Shown here: positions 33,467 through 43,164 of the stretch, in pieces
Numbering within the stretch: position 1 is the stretch's first letter
How the letters are laid out: each line of letters opens with the position of its first letter
Assembly (NCBI GenBank): GCA_043768465.1
Contig: JAYVKL010000045.1
Location: 342-64,341, forward strand
Direction: 5' to 3'
Source of the DNA: Pyrinomonadaceae bacterium
GTDB lineage: Bacteria > Acidobacteriota > Blastocatellia > Pyrinomonadales > Pyrinomonadaceae
Length of the DNA stretch: 64,000 nt
Position numbers and translations under genes: made by a program
Notes under the pieces: generated by a model
The model's input: only the letters and a program-made list of their open reading frames with translations
Databases searched by the model: none
Told to the model about the DNA's origin: nothing

Positions 33467-35302
33467 ATGACATTAGAAGAAAAACTCAAAAACCTGCCGA
33501 CTTCGCCCGGCGTTTACTTACACAAAAACTCGGACGGCAAAATTATCTACGTCGGCAAGGCGAAGAACCTGAAAAACCGCGTCCGCTCGTATTTCCAATC
33601 GAATCGCGGACACGATAGAAAAACGCGCGAACTCGTCAAACGCATCGCCGATCTGGAATTCATCGTCGTTGACAACGAAGTCGAAGCGTTGGTTTTAGAA
33701 TCGAATCTCATCAAAAAACACAAGCCGCGCTTTAATGTTTTACTCAAAGACGACAAACAGTATCCGCATTTGAAAATGACGAACGAGCCGTTTCCGAAAG
33801 TCGTCATCACGCGCAAGATCCTGCGCGACGGCGCGAGTTACTACGGACCGTTTCTGCCCGCCAGTTTAGCCAGACGAACGCTCGATTTAATCAACCGGAC
33901 GTTTCAGATGCGAACCTGCGACATCGAAATCAACGGCAAACTGCCGCGCCCGTGCCTTGAATATCACCTGAAACGCTGTCTTGCGCCGTGCGTCAAAGAG
34001 CTTTGCAAGCCGGACGAATACAGCCAGGCGGCGAGCGATGTCAAATTATTATTGGAAGGCAAAAATAAGGAACTCGCCGACAAATTGCAGTTGCGAATGT
34101 GGCATTTCGCCGAAAACGAAAACTACGAAATGGCGGCGAAATACCGCGATTTGCACAAAACCGTGCTGGCTTTGGGCGAACAGCAGAAAATGGCGATGAC
34201 GGCTGACCGCGACGTTGACATCATCGGTTTTTACCGCGAAAAACAGCGGCTGGCGATGCAGCTTTTCACGATGCGCGAAGGCAAAATCGTCGGGCGGCGC
34301 GAGTTTTTCTGGGAAGATTTGGACGGCGAAAACTTCGATGTTTCGGAATTTTTAGGCGAAGTTTTGTCGCAGTATTACTCGACCGATTATGTGCCTTTGG
34401 AGATTCACGTTCCGGCTGATTTCGCCGACCGCGACGTTTTGGAAAAGGTTCTAACGACGCGGCGCGGGCGCAAAGTTCGCATTTTCGACCCGAAACGCGG
34501 GCAGAAAGCCGAGATGATAACCTTAGTCGAAACCAATGCCAAAATCGCGTTTGAACAAAGATTTCGCGTTCTCAAACCCGATTCGCAAAAACTTCTGGAA
34601 GACTTGCAGGAACTGCTGGAGCTGCCGCATTTTCCCGAACGCATCGAATCGTTCGACATCTCGAACATTCAGGGTTCGGAGAACGTCGCCGGCATCGTCG
34701 TCTTTGAGAACGGCAAACCGAACCGCTCCGAATATCGCCGCTTGATTATCAAAACCGTCGAAGGTGCAAACGATTTCGCCTCGATGAACGAAGCCGTTTT
34801 TAGAAGGTATAAACGATTATTAAATGAAGAAAAACCGCTGCCGCAATTGATTTTCATAGACGGCGGCAAAGGTCAAATTTCGGCGGCGGCGGCGGCGATG
34901 CAGTCGCTTGACCTGGAGATGATTCCCATCGTCGGATTGGTCAAACCGCCGAAACATCACAACCAAATCTCGCACCTTTTGCGTTTCGGCTACGAAGACG
35001 CGCCCGTGCCGTTTGAAGTCGGCTTGCCCGTCTTTCGTCTAATCCAGCAAATCCGCGACGACACGCACAAAACCGCTATCGAATTTCACCGCAAACGCCG
35101 CGAAACCCGCGATTTTACATCGGAATTGACCGCCATTCCCGGTGTTGCCGAAAAGCGCAAAATGAAATTACTGCGAAACTTCGGTTCAATCGAACGCATC
35201 GCCAAAGCATCAATCGAAGAACTTTCGCCGTTCATCGGCGCGAAAACCGCGAAGATGGTTTACGATCATTTTCAGAAGCAAAAGAAATTAGCTAATAAAT
35301 AA
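33467..35302 (+). CDS. uvrC: Excinuclease ABC subunit C
   Basis: GIY-YIG domain (GVYLHKNSDGKIIYVGKAKNLKNRVRSYF), UVR domain, RNase H-like endonuclease region and C-terminal HhH. Confidence 0.95.
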   Translation: MTLEEKLKNLPTSPGVYLHKNSDGKIIYVGKAKNLKNRVRSYFQSNRGHDRKTRELVKRIADLEFIVVDNEVEALVLESNLIKKHKPRFNVLLKDDKQYPHLKMTNEPFPKVVITRKILRDGASYYGPFLPASLARRTLDLINRTFQMRTCDIEINGKLPRPCLEYHLKRCLAPCVKELCKPDEYSQAASDVKLLLEGKNKELADKLQLRMWHFAENENYEMAAKYRDLHKTVLALGEQQKMAMTADRDVDIIGFYREKQRLAMQLFTMREGKIVGRREFFWEDLDGENFDVSEFLGEVLSQYYSTDYVPLEIHVPADFADRDVLEKVLTTRRGRKVRIFDPKRGQKAEMITLVETNAKIAFEQRFRVLKPDSQKLLEDLQELLELPHFPERIESFDISNIQGSENVAGIVVFENGKPNRSEYRRLIIKTVEGANDFASMNEAVFRRYKRLLNEEKPLPQLIFIDGGKGQISAAAAAMQSLDLEMIPIVGLVKPPKHHNQISHLLRFGYEDAPVPFEVGLPVFRLIQQIRDDTHKTAIEFHRKRRETRDFTSELTAIPGVAEKRKMKLLRNFGSIERIAKASIEELSPFIGAKTAKMVYDHFQKQKKLANK

Positions 35303-35303
35303 T

Positions 35304-37373
35304 CTAAGAATTTTGATCCTCAGCATATTTAATTGTTAACTCATCTTCAAAATCGAACAGTTGCAAAGCGTATTTTAGCCTATCGAATTTTACGGTGTTA
35401 CTTAAATGCGACTCAATAGAGTAAGTATCATTCAGTTGAACAGGTTGTCTTAAATTGTTTTCAGCAAGATTTTTAGTCAAGCCAATTTTCTCACCTAAAC
35501 CTGTAGTAAAAAATGTTTCAGGCTGCAATTCAAATAACTGTTTGCATATCTCTAAATAAAGTTTGGTAATTTCTCTGACTTCAATTTTTTGATCGAGAAA
35601 AATCGCATAATCTAATTTTTTATGAGTTGGGTCATCAGCATCGAAAATGCTAACTTCACCATTGCTTAGTTCATCTAAAATAGTAATTGCAGGAATTTGC
35701 CAAACTTTTAAAAATCTTTTAGCGATCAAATCGGAACGCTTTTCTATTTCAGCCTTGTCCCATTTTTCCAGACTTGCAAGGTATTTATTGAGCCAAAGCC
35801 GACTGTCTTTATATCCGGCATTCTCCAAATCTCTTTTGAAGGAAAATGTTTTATTGCTTAATTTTCCGTTATTACCGGACAAAGTTAAATTTCCGACTGT
35901 GTTTAAGTAATTCTCTTTGATGAACTTGTGATCCTCCGCGCCTATCTCCGTTTTCCATTTTGGATCAGGATTTTGTGGAAAAATATGTTCAATTGTTATG
36001 TCAGAATTATCATCAATAACAACCGGCTCTTTATTCTGGAAATTTTCCAACCGTTCAAGCAAGTATGTTCTGTTCTTTGCTTTGATGTTGTAAACGTCTT
36101 TTTCTTTGAGAGCATTTATTGTTTCAGTATCTCTTGGAAAACGACTATTGCCAATCAATTTAAGCAACGCTTTCTGAACAGAATACAAATAGTTTTCTTT
36201 TTCAACTTTGTCGTAAAGCGTCATAAAGATTTTGTTTCTACCTTCCGTTCCAAATCCGACAATAAATCTTCGCCAAGTGAATGACTGCACCAAATCCAAA
36301 ATTGAAACAAAAGTCGGCTTGTCAATAATAGAGTTTGCGTAATCTTCATATACTTTCATCAAAAAAGGGTAGGCGACGTTTATTTCCAACCGATTAATAT
36401 ACTCAAGTTGAATTCTTATGTCCTTATCCGGTTCATTTTGTGGGTTAATTAACTTGTTGTAATACTTAACCAATGACTTGATTTTTAACAAAACATCCTC
36501 CAATTGTGCAATTGAGGATGTTGGATATTTTGATTTAAATTCAAGATAAACTTTTCCTTTGTTCGGAATTTTGTTGTTTTCAAGCGTTAAGTAATCACGG
36601 ATAAAATCTGACACTCGACTAAGGTTTGAAGTTTCATCTTTAGCCAGTTTCTCGATGACTTCCCAGTAATTTTGGTAAATCAAGTTTTGGTCTCTTCTAT
36701 TTAACCCGATCAAAATATAATTGCGAATCAAATCCGCCGGCGATAATGTCAAACCAGTAGAATTTAGGCTCTCAAAGATTCTTTGCGGATTATCTTTTTC
36801 TCTATCGAGCGAAACTTCAACGAACATTAGTTTTGATAAGCCCGCCAAAACTGTCTTATAGTTTTCTTCATTTATTCTTCCCTTAAAATAATCAAAGTTA
36901 TCGGTTATTTTTGAGTAATCATTATATTCTTCAGTCTGATCGCTTCTGAGTAGATACTTTAAGGCTCGGTCGTTGTTATCTGTCGGTCTGAGTTTTAACT
37001 TTTCTTCCTCACGAGCAAACTTGTTAATTAAATACGTTTCACTTATTTCGCTGACAAGTTCATCGTCTTTCAATTCGATTGCCAAACTATAGATGGCTAA
37101 ATAAATTAATGTCAGCGTCGTTAATCTTTGCTGTCCGTCAATAATTGTAAGTTCCTTGATTCTCGAAGTTATGTAATCGTCATCGTGAACATAAACTATA
37201 CTTCCAATAAAATGAGCATTCATCTCACTACTCACTCCAACTTCAAAAATGTCATCAAGTAGTTGTTTACAATGGCTTGGAGACCAATCATAATTCCTTT
37301 GATAAACAGGAATTACAAACTGAGTTTTGTTAGAAGACAAGAAATCTTCGACTTTTGTTTCATTAGCTTTCAT
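35304..37373 (-). CDS. GmrSD-like DUF262 + DUF1524 protein (putative type IV, modification-dependent restriction endonuclease)
   Basis: N-terminal DUF262 motifs FVIPVYQRNYDWS and IIDGQQRLTTL. C-terminal His-Me/HNH-like DUF1524 (ITIEHIFPQNP ... VGNLTLSGNNGKLSNKTF). The DNA is visibly AT-rich. Confidence 0.8.
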   Translation of the reverse strand: MKANETKVEDFLSSNKTQFVIPVYQRNYDWSPSHCKQLLDDIFEVGVSSEMNAHFIGSIVYVHDDDYITSRIKELTIIDGQQRLTTLTLIYLAIYSLAIELKDDELVSEISETYLINKFAREEEKLKLRPTDNNDRALKYLLRSDQTEEYNDYSKITDNFDYFKGRINEENYKTVLAGLSKLMFVEVSLDREKDNPQRIFESLNSTGLTLSPADLIRNYILIGLNRRDQNLIYQNYWEVIEKLAKDETSNLSRVSDFIRDYLTLENNKIPNKGKVYLEFKSKYPTSSIAQLEDVLLKIKSLVKYYNKLINPQNEPDKDIRIQLEYINRLEINVAYPFLMKVYEDYANSIIDKPTFVSILDLVQSFTWRRFIVGFGTEGRNKIFMTLYDKVEKENYLYSVQKALLKLIGNSRFPRDTETINALKEKDVYNIKAKNRTYLLERLENFQNKEPVVIDDNSDITIEHIFPQNPDPKWKTEIGAEDHKFIKENYLNTVGNLTLSGNNGKLSNKTFSFKRDLENAGYKDSRLWLNKYLASLEKWDKAEIEKRSDLIAKRFLKVWQIPAITILDELSNGEVSIFDADDPTHKKLDYAIFLDQKIEVREITKLYLEICKQLFELQPETFFTTGLGEKIGLTKNLAENNLRQPVQLNDTYSIESHLSNTVKFDRLKYALQLFDFEDELTIKYAEDQNS

Positions 37374-37397
37374 ATTTATTCTATTTTGTAAGTGAAT

Positions 37398-37652
37398 TTA
37401 AGTGTGTTTCTCAGGCAGGAGCGCAATCAAACCGCGCAGAGCGTTGTTGACCGCTTTCGTGTCGGGAAAATATACTTTCACGTCTTCGTCAAGAAAAATC
37501 GGGCGCGTTTCTTTGATAACGGTTGAGCCGTCCGATTGATGAATAATCGTCGTGTAACCGTTTTTCATCGCCTCATAATACTTTCCGCGAATACCTTTTT
37601 TGCCGCAAAAATCGTATTCGGCTCGCATTTCGTCTTTAGGATTGTTCTTCAT
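37398..37652 (-). CDS. BrnA-like antitoxin
   Basis: 84 aa. Overlaps the BrnT stop by 17 nt. AEYDF..KKGIRGKY and the C-terminal IFLDEDVKVYFPDTKAVNNALRGL resemble BrnA-family antitoxins. Confidence 0.55.
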   Translation of the reverse strand: MKNNPKDEMRAEYDFCGKKGIRGKYYEAMKNGYTTIIHQSDGSTVIKETRPIFLDEDVKVYFPDTKAVNNALRGLIALLPEKHT

Positions 37653-38004
37653 AAATCTTTCTCTCTAAAACAGTCGCGTTACGGCAACTGATAATTCTAA
37701 TCGAAATTTCGCCGCCGTTAACGGAAACTTCCGTGTGAACGACGAGCAGAATGCGATTGACACTTGAAAGACCGATGCTGATAGATATTTCTTCTCCAAT
37801 CGAATGAAATTCGTCGGCGAATGTTACAAGCAGCAGATCGTTGAAAACCGTTTCGGCTTCGTCAAAATCAATTTTATGTTTTCGCAGATTCGCTTTCGCT
37901 TTATTTTCGTCCCATTCAAAAATCACTCTGCCATTATATGACAGAATCTTACTGCAATCTACAAATTCATTTTCCTCATATAGGCGCGAAGACAGCTTGC
38001 CCAA
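37636..38004 (-). CDS. BrnT-family (DUF497) toxin
   Basis: FEWDENKAKANLRKHKIDFDEAETVFND is the BrnT signature. A GTG at 37926 (xIFEWDE...) is a plausible alternative start. Confidence 0.8.
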   Translation of the reverse strand: MGKLSSRLYEENEFVDCSKILSYNGRVIFEWDENKAKANLRKHKIDFDEAETVFNDLLLVTFADEFHSIGEEISISIGLSSVNRILLVVHTEVSVNGGEISIRIISCRNATVLERKIYEEQS

Positions 38005-38063
38005 CGCAGTGATAAACGCTTTGCAAGTCTCAATTGACGATTTCGCAGCGACAAGTTAAAAAC

Positions 38064-38098
38064 AGAAAAAGAGACGCAAAACGCGCCTCTTTTTTTTG
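38064..38098. terminator. Bidirectional terminator-like hairpin downstream of the acyltransferase gene
   Basis: aaaaagagacgc-aaaac-gcgcctcttttttttg. One mismatch in the stem, with A/T runs on both sides. Confidence 0.55.
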
Positions 38099-38254
38099 TT
38101 TTATCTATAATGACTTCAAAAAGTCAGGATTCTTATCCTTTCTCGTTTGAAGTGGTTTTATGTTTATCTATCATATATTTACCACCCCCTGAAAAAGATT
38201 ATAGAAAATTGCGCGGAGAAAATGCAAGCGTTATTTTCGATGCCCGCAAATAAT

Positions 38255-39175
38255 TTAGTAAAGCGGCTTTTCACCTTTCGGGCGCGTGTTCCAGCGTTTG
38301 TGAATCCACAACCACTGTTCCGGGTATTTTCTGACGTAGCGTTCGACGACGTTCGTAATTGCCTGTGTCAGTTCACCGATGTTTTCGTCGGAATTGTCGC
38401 CCGCTCGATATTCGACCGGCGGTTCGAGGTGAACGACGTATTTGTTTTTCGCTTCGTTCCAGACGGCAAACGCGGGCAATACAATCGCGTTGGTTTTCAA
38501 CGCCAATTTAGCGATGCTCGTCGTCGTCGAAGCCGGAATGCCGAAAAAATCAACGAACGTGCCTTCGCGTTCCTGCACGTTCAAATCGGCTAAAATCCCC
38601 AATAGTTCGCCGTTTTCCAAAACCCGGAACATCGTTCGTGCCGACTTGGTTTTATCCAAAGTTACCGAACCGAAACGGGTGCGAAAATTGTCCACGAAAC
38701 TTTCGATCAGAGGATTGTCAATCCGGCGCACCAGAATGTTCATCCCGAAACCGAACGCAGGCGGCAAAAGATTGAAAACCTCCCAACTACCGAAATGTCC
38801 GGTGAAAAATAAAATCCCTCTGCCGGTTTCTCTGGCGCGGTCGAAGTTTTCGCGCCCGTCGAGTTCGACTAAATCTCGAATGTCTTCGTGCCGGAATTTT
38901 CGGAAATGCGAGACGAATCCGAGATGTCTGCCGAGACTTTCAAACGTGCCGCGAATAATTTTTCGGCGTTCGGTTTCGGGCATTTCGGGAAACGCGATTT
39001 CCAGGTTGCGCCGCGCCGTTTCGGTTAACTTCGGGAAGCTCGAACCGATCAGTTTGCCGAGCGATTTGCCGAACTTCATCGAAGTTTCGAGCGGCAGCGC
39101 GCCGACTGCGCCCAGGAATGACCGCACGGCGAGCAGTTCCGATTTGTTTTGTAAAATGCTGCGTTTTTTCGCCAT
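38255..39175 (-). CDS. Lipid A biosynthesis (LpxL/HtrB-like) lysophospholipid acyltransferase
   Basis: HX4E/D motif in FFTGHFGSWE. Family-typical C-terminus YPEQWLWIHKRW. Start placed at ATG 39175 (MAKKRSIL...), which avoids overlap with the upstream gene. Confidence 0.8.
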   Translation of the reverse strand: MAKKRSILQNKSELLAVRSFLGAVGALPLETSMKFGKSLGKLIGSSFPKLTETARRNLEIAFPEMPETERRKIIRGTFESLGRHLGFVSHFRKFRHEDIRDLVELDGRENFDRARETGRGILFFTGHFGSWEVFNLLPPAFGFGMNILVRRIDNPLIESFVDNFRTRFGSVTLDKTKSARTMFRVLENGELLGILADLNVQEREGTFVDFFGIPASTTTSIAKLALKTNAIVLPAFAVWNEAKNKYVVHLEPPVEYRAGDNSDENIGELTQAITNVVERYVRKYPEQWLWIHKRWNTRPKGEKPLY

Positions 39176-39185
39176 TAAAATTAAA

Positions 39186-39677
39186 TCAACTCCACCGAAA
39201 AAATCTTTTCGCCAGCGGTAAAAGCCCATGTCCGGCAACGGTTTCCCTGAAGAAAATTTCGTGTTCGCCTTCGATCCGCGACATTTCCATCATCTCGTCG
39301 AAGCAGTCGGACATCTTCAATTCCCTAGCGTATTCCGCCGCGTCAACGTATTCCTGCACGTTTTGACTTTCCAGTCTGCCCGCAAAATACATCGGAAAAA
39401 ACCAGCCCGCCGCGTAACAGGTCAAACCTAAACTTCTGCCAAGCGTCCAAAAGATTTTTTCGCGCCATCGGTTTGGTTTCGCGTTGAATTTTTTGAGCCA
39501 TCGCGCGACGTTTTCGCGGTGCGACCATTCTTCGGCTTCGATTGCCTCGATCCTCCGGCGTTCCGCCGAAGGTTTCAACGATTTCCAATGTCCGCGATAC
39601 GCATAAGCCGCCGCCATTTCGCCGGCGTGAGCGTTCTGCAGAATACGGATGAGATTCTTTTGCGCGTCGAGTTTCAT
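39186..39677 (-). CDS. Ferritin-like/di-iron (COQ7-like) domain protein
   Basis: 163 aa. EMAAAYAY ... EAEEWSHRENV ... EGEHEIFF fits a paired E...ExxH arrangement. The assignment is tentative. Confidence 0.4.
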   Translation of the reverse strand: MKLDAQKNLIRILQNAHAGEMAAAYAYRGHWKSLKPSAERRRIEAIEAEEWSHRENVARWLKKFNAKPNRWREKIFWTLGRSLGLTCYAAGWFFPMYFAGRLESQNVQEYVDAAEYARELKMSDCFDEMMEMSRIEGEHEIFFRETVAGHGLLPLAKRFFRWS

Positions 39678-39695
39678 AGGTCTTCGAGAGTTTTT

Positions 39696-40730
39696 TTATC
39701 CGGTAATCAACACACAATCGCCGTAACTGTAAAAACGGTAGCCGGATTCGACCGCGTGGCGATACGCCCGCATCGTTAAATCGTAACCCGCAAACGTCGA
39801 AACCAGCACCAACAAGGACGATTGCGGCAAATGAAAATTAGTCAAAAGTCCGTTGATAATCTTAAATTTATAGCCGGGCGTAACGGTCAGATGCGCCGTA
39901 AATGCTCCCGCCGCGATGTGCGCGTTCTCGTCGGCGACCGATTCTAAAGCCCGCGTTGTCGTCGTGCCGACGGCGATTATTCGCCGGTTCCCGGCTTTTG
40001 CCCGGTTGATAATATCGGCGGCGGCATCGGAAATCTCGCCGCTTTCCGCCGACACTCGATGTTCCGACAAATCGGCGACGCGCACCGGTTCGAAAGTTCC
40101 GTAACCGACGTGCAAAGTGATTTCCGCGATTTCCACGTCGAGATTTTTGATTTCCGCCAAAATTTCCGGCGTGAAATGCAGTCCGGCGGTCGGGGCGGCG
40201 ACGGCTCCACGCTGTTTGGCGAAAACGGTTTGGTAACGACTTTTATCCGCCTCCGAAATGCCGTCGGCGCGTTTGATATACGGCGGCAAAGGCGTGCTGC
40301 CAACGCGCTCTAAAATCTCGTCGAGATCGCCGTCCGTTTTAAATTCGACGATGACGCGACCTTCGGCAGTGCGGTCGGTAACTGTGGCTGAAAGATTTTC
40401 GCCGAACGAAATTCGCTTGCCCGTTTTCAATCTTCGCGCCGGTTTTGCCAATGTTTCCCAAATCCGATGTTCGATTTCGCGCACTAGAAAAAGCTCGACT
40501 TTGCCGCCGGTTTCGCTGATGCCGAGCAGCCGCGCCGGAAAAACTTTCGTATTATTGAGAACGAGAACGTCGCCCTTTTTCAGAAACTGCGGAAAGTTGT
40601 AAAAGTGTTCGTCGTAAAAATTTTGCCCGCCGCGATCAACGATCAGCATCCGCGAAAACTCGCGTTTCTCCAAAGGATTCTGCGCGATCAAGGCTTCCGG
40701 CAGATTATATTCAAATTCTGAAATCAACAT
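39696..40730 (-). CDS. queA: tRNA preQ1(34) S-adenosylmethionine ribosyltransferase-isomerase
   Basis: MLISEFEYNLPEALIAQNPLEKR, PLPPYIKR, AAPTAGLHFT and SYGDCVLI. Confidence 0.95.
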   Translation of the reverse strand: MLISEFEYNLPEALIAQNPLEKREFSRMLIVDRGGQNFYDEHFYNFPQFLKKGDVLVLNNTKVFPARLLGISETGGKVELFLVREIEHRIWETLAKPARRLKTGKRISFGENLSATVTDRTAEGRVIVEFKTDGDLDEILERVGSTPLPPYIKRADGISEADKSRYQTVFAKQRGAVAAPTAGLHFTPEILAEIKNLDVEIAEITLHVGYGTFEPVRVADLSEHRVSAESGEISDAAADIINRAKAGNRRIIAVGTTTTRALESVADENAHIAAGAFTAHLTVTPGYKFKIINGLLTNFHLPQSSLLVLVSTFAGYDLTMRAYRHAVESGYRFYSYGDCVLITG

Positions 40731-40790
40731 AAAACAGATTTAATTATGCACCGTCTTGAGAAATTAGGCAGTCACGCAAAATTATCTTGA

Positions 40791-40860
40791 TGTTCAGAGT
40801 TCCAACTTTAGTTGGCTCTTAAGCGCGGCGAAGAACCAACTAAAGTTGGAACTCTGAACG
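40791..40860. repeat. Rep-A element copy F (short, degenerate)
   Basis: tgttcagagttccaactttagttggctcttaagcgcggcgaagaaccaactaaagttggaactctgaacg. Confidence 0.6.
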
Positions 40861-41151
40861 CGGCTTCGTTTTTTTATAAAAATAATTCTGTCTGACTGCT
40901 TAACAAAAATATGTCGTGAATTCATACAAACCTGCTTTATTTGTGAAGGTCGAGAATTTCAAACACTGAACAAATGCCGTGATTGATGAGCTTTTCCAAA
41001 GTGGAATAAATGTTGCTGTGGTCAAAAACCTGATATGTAGAATTTCAATATGAAATAAAATTCTGCGGCGATTTGTTTGGTGGATGACAGAAACAGATTG
41101 TCTGTTTTGTTACAAATAATAAAACACAGAACGAAAAAGGAGAGATGAATT

Positions 41152-41754
41152 ATGGAAGTAGATAAACAAAATTCGGGAACGATAAACCCGGTGACAGACA
41201 GCAAACCGGCGAGCGGTGAAACAGCGGCGGCAGTCAAGCCGATGGCGGAAAGAACGGCGGCAGGAAGCGGCGAATCAATCAAAGAGACATTGAATCAGGC
41301 AAAGGACGCTGCTGGACAAGCGGCGACGCAGGTTGTCGGACAGGCGAAGGAAAAAGCCTCGTCGCTGCTCGGCGAGCAAAAAACCAACCTGGCGGCGGGC
41401 ATTAACACCGTCGCCGACAGCATCCGGCAAATCGGCGAGAATTTGCAGGGCGGCGACGGCGGCGAAAAAAATCAGATTGCGGCGTTGGCGGGCAAATACG
41501 GCGATTCTTTAGCCGGACAAGTCGAAAAAATCTCGCACTACGTCGAAGACAAAAACTTCGGAGAATTGGCGCGTGATGCCGAACATTTTGCGCGGCGCAA
41601 TCCGGCGGTATTCGTCGGCGGCGCGTTCGCACTGGGAATTTTAGCGGCGCGATTTTTGAAAAGTTCCGGTTCGCAGCGGACAAATGGAAATCAGTTGTCG
41701 GGCAATTCAAACGGCAAAAAGGCTTTGAACAGAACGGCGGTGCAAGCGTCATAA
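41152..41754 (+). CDS. Hypothetical stress-cluster protein with C-terminal TM helix
   Basis: 200 aa, Ala/Gly/Gln-rich helical repeats, C-terminal RRNPAVFVGGAFALGILAARFL. First gene of a three-gene cluster with DUF1469-like and DUF3618-like genes. Confidence 0.5.
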   Translation: MEVDKQNSGTINPVTDSKPASGETAAAVKPMAERTAAGSGESIKETLNQAKDAAGQAATQVVGQAKEKASSLLGEQKTNLAAGINTVADSIRQIGENLQGGDGGEKNQIAALAGKYGDSLAGQVEKISHYVEDKNFGELARDAEHFARRNPAVFVGGAFALGILAARFLKSSGSQRTNGNQLSGNSNGKKALNRTAVQAS

Positions 41755-41779
41755 AACAGGAGTTATCGGGAGGTATTTT

Positions 41780-42178
41780 ATGGCACAACAAAAACTCGCT
41801 GAAGAACGCTCGCTGGGCGATTTGTTCTCCGAACTTGCCGCCGAAACCGGTATACTCGTCCGGCAGGAAGTCGCGCTGGCGCAAACCGAATTGACTCAAA
41901 AGGCGACCAGCGTCGGCAAAAACGTCGGCTTTTTAGTGGTCGGCGGCGCGGTCGGTTACGCAGCTTTGCTCGCCGTTCTCGCGGCGGTGGTTATCGGGCT
42001 GGCGAATTTCATTCCGGCTTGGGCAGCGGCTTTGATCCTCGGAGTGATCGTCGGCATCGTCGCTTTTCTGATGGTTTCTTCGGCATTAAAATCATTAAAA
42101 ACGACTGAATTAACGCCGCACGAAACGGTTAAATCATTGAAGGAGGATGCAGAATGGGTGAAAAATCAGGTGAGCTGA
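41780..42178 (+). CDS. DUF1469 / holin-X-like small membrane protein
   Basis: LFSELAAETGILVRQEVALAQTEL followed by two TM helices. Confidence 0.65.
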   Translation: MAQQKLAEERSLGDLFSELAAETGILVRQEVALAQTELTQKATSVGKNVGFLVVGGAVGYAALLAVLAAVVIGLANFIPAWAAALILGVIVGIVAFLMVSSALKSLKTTELTPHETVKSLKEDAEWVKNQVS

Positions 42179-43164
42179 ACGACACGGAACGAATGGATAC
42201 GAATCTGACAAAAGCGAATTTCGACGAAAGCGACGATTTGTTGGAAATTCAGACGGAAGCCGCCGATGTTGATAAAACTTCGTCCGACGATGCCGAACAG
42301 ATTCGTGAGCGTATCGAAGAAACGCGCTCGCAGATGAGCGAAACGATTGACGCGATTCAGGATAAATTAAGTATCGCCAACATCACCGAACAAGTTAAAG
42401 ACCAGGTTTCGGAGCAAATCGGCAGTGCTGTCGAAGGCGCGAAAGATGCTTTTTTCGGAAGCGCGGCGGATGTCGTCAACAGCATCGGCAGAGGTTTCAG
42501 GCAGGTGGGCAGATCGGATTTAGCCAGAAAAGCGCAAGCTCAACCGTGGCTTTTGCCCGTCGTCGGAATGGGAATCGGCGCGATTTTAGTTCGGGCGTTA
42601 TTCGGCGGCGGCAAGCAGAAAAAGTATGCTTCTTACCGTTACGAAAACTTTGAAGGCGGTTACAATCCCGACGAAAGCAGGTATCCCGATCGGACGCGCC
42701 GGAAGTTTCAGTCGGACAAGAAAAGCGAACCGGGTTACAAAGCGACGCGCGGCAAGGTCGAGGACGCGGCGAACACGGCATACGATAGCGCGGCGGAGTT
42801 TGCCGGTTCAGCGTATGAAGGTGTCGGCAGCGCGGCGAGCAAAACGTATCAAGGTATCGGCAAAGCATCAGGTTTCGCCTACGAAAAAGCGGGCGATTTA
42901 GGAGAAGAAATGAAAAAAAATTACGAACATTACATTGAAGAAAATCCTTTGGTAGTCGGCGCGGTGGCGTTCGCCGTCGGCGCGGCGGTCGGTTACGCGA
43001 TTCCTTTGACCAAAGCCGAAAACGATTGTCTGGGCGAAATGCGCGATAACGTCCTAGACAAGGCGCAAGCCTCGGCGCAGGACGCAATCGGCACGGTCAA
43101 ACAGGTAGTCGGCGATGTTCAGCAAACAATTGTTGACGAAGTTAAATCGAAAACCGCTGCTTAG
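42154..43164 (+). CDS. DUF3618-like protein with TM segments
   Basis: EQIRERIEETRSQMSETIDAIQDKLS is DUF3618-like. Start uncertain (alternative ATG at 42193). Confidence 0.6.
   Translation: MGEKSGELNDTERMDTNLTKANFDESDDLLEIQTEAADVDKTSSDDAEQIRERIEETRSQMSETIDAIQDKLSIANITEQVKDQVSEQIGSAVEGAKDAFFGSAADVVNSIGRGFRQVGRSDLARKAQAQPWLLPVVGMGIGAILVRALFGGGKQKKYASYRYENFEGGYNPDESRYPDRTRRKFQSDKKSEPGYKATRGKVEDAANTAYDSAAEFAGSAYEGVGSAASKTYQGIGKASGFAYEKAGDLGEEMKKNYEHYIEENPLVVGAVAFAVGAAVGYAIPLTKAENDCLGEMRDNVLDKAQASAQDAIGTVKQVVGDVQQTIVDEVKSKTAA

Noticed and set aside
41152-43164. Three-gene cluster (Ala/Gln-rich TM protein, DUF1469 holin-like, DUF3618) as a novel lysis or defence system
   Set aside because: As far as I recall, this trio is a widespread and already catalogued, though functionally unclear, stress-associated cluster. 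There are no phage genes nearby and nothing atypical in the sequence.
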